From Lama guanicoe (lineage: Eukaryota): a DNA stretch of 64,000 nt. Position numbers and translations under genes: made by a program. Position 1 is the stretch's first letter. Every line of letters starts with the position of its first letter. The stretch is taken from NCBI GenBank assembly GCA_013239625.1, contig MU053520.1, forward strand, positions 1,083,103-1,147,102, read 5' to 3'. The notes below the pieces were generated by a model that made no database searches, was not told where the DNA came from, and saw nothing but the letters and a program-made list of their open reading frames with translations. Below, piece after piece: positions 63,340 to 64,000 of the stretch.

Positions 63340-63630
63340 TCTTTTAAAAACTTCTTTATTAAAACATAATTCACCTACCAGACACCAACTTACTTAAAGT
63401 GTACCATTTAATGGTTTTTAGTATATTCACACAGCTGAGTCACCATCACCACAATCAATTTTAGGAAATTTTTACCCCTTTCTGAAATAGCCTTACCCAC
63501 TGACAGTCACTCCTCATTGCTCTGACCCATCCACCCTCACCCTCCAGCCCTAGGCAATCACTAACCTATTTTCTATCTCTACAGATTTTCCTGTCTGGGG
63601 ACATTTCATGTAAATGGAGTCATACACTCT
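63340..63630 (-). mobile_element. LINE-1 3' end (L1MB-like)
   Basis: ctttattaaaacataattcacc...ttaaagtgtac...catcaccacaatcaattttag...ccagccctaggcaatcact...gacatttcatgtaaatggagtcataca. Confidence 0.88.
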
Positions 63631-63634
63631 ACGG

Positions 63635-64000
63635 AGGCCTCACTCGTTTTTCCCTCTACCCCTTGAATTTTTAATATCTCCTCCTCTACTTGCTCTTTCC
63701 CATAAGGATTACACATGTTCAAATTTTGTCCATCTTTAAATCAAACCAAACAAAATATAATTAACCACCAGCACCCCACCCTACTTCAGTTTCCGCACCG
63801 TCTCCTTCCCAGCTAAGCTTTTTTAAAAGAATTGCTTCTGGCTATCCACATTCTCACTTCCACCCACTCCTCAAACCACTTCCAACTGTTCCCCACCAAG
63901 GTCACTAACAACCTCCTTCTTGCTAAAGTCTGTGGATTGCTAACACCTGACGATCAAAAGTCACTTCCTCTAGGAAGTCTTCCTAATCCATCACATCTAG
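63635..64000 (+). mobile_element. L2 LINE fragment
   Basis: ctcctctacttgctctttccca...ccatctttaaa...ttctcacttccacccactcctcaaaccact...ccaaggtcactaacaacctcctt. Confidence 0.65.

Noticed and set aside
1..64000. CRISPR arrays, operons, tRNA/rRNA genes, CpG island, processed pseudogene
   Set aside because: None seen. There is no repeat-spacer periodicity, CpG is depleted throughout, and no ORF resembles a cellular protein.

Overview
Mammalian, AT-rich genomic DNA with no protein-coding gene, RNA gene or CRISPR array that I can support. Eutherian-wide old repeats (L2, L3/CR1, MIR, MLT1, LTR16/ERVL, MER21, MER34, Tigger1) occur with artiodactyl-type LINE-1s. I see no Alu, B1/B2, Can-SINE, PRE-1, Bov-A/BovB or CHR SINEs, and the young L1 3' end at about 47.1 kb looks camelid, so the best guess is camel or alpaca (inference). 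Every ORF with recognisable protein similarity is a broken LINE-1 ORF1/ORF2 fragment. The window holds: several large L1 copies, at least two of which keep their 5' end but have multi-kb internal deletions; an LTR16/ERVL provirus remnant interrupted by an L1 and a Tigger1-derived MITE; about a dozen ERV solo LTRs, most with readable 4-bp target-site duplications (TSDs), including three LTR-in-LTR nests; a candidate CTCF site; an imperfect ~105-nt hairpin; and a 254-N assembly gap. I found no convincing novel biological system. The findings concern transposon structure and candidate regulatory sites. Repeat family names come from recalled consensus similarity, not a database search, and boundaries without a stated TSD are approximate.
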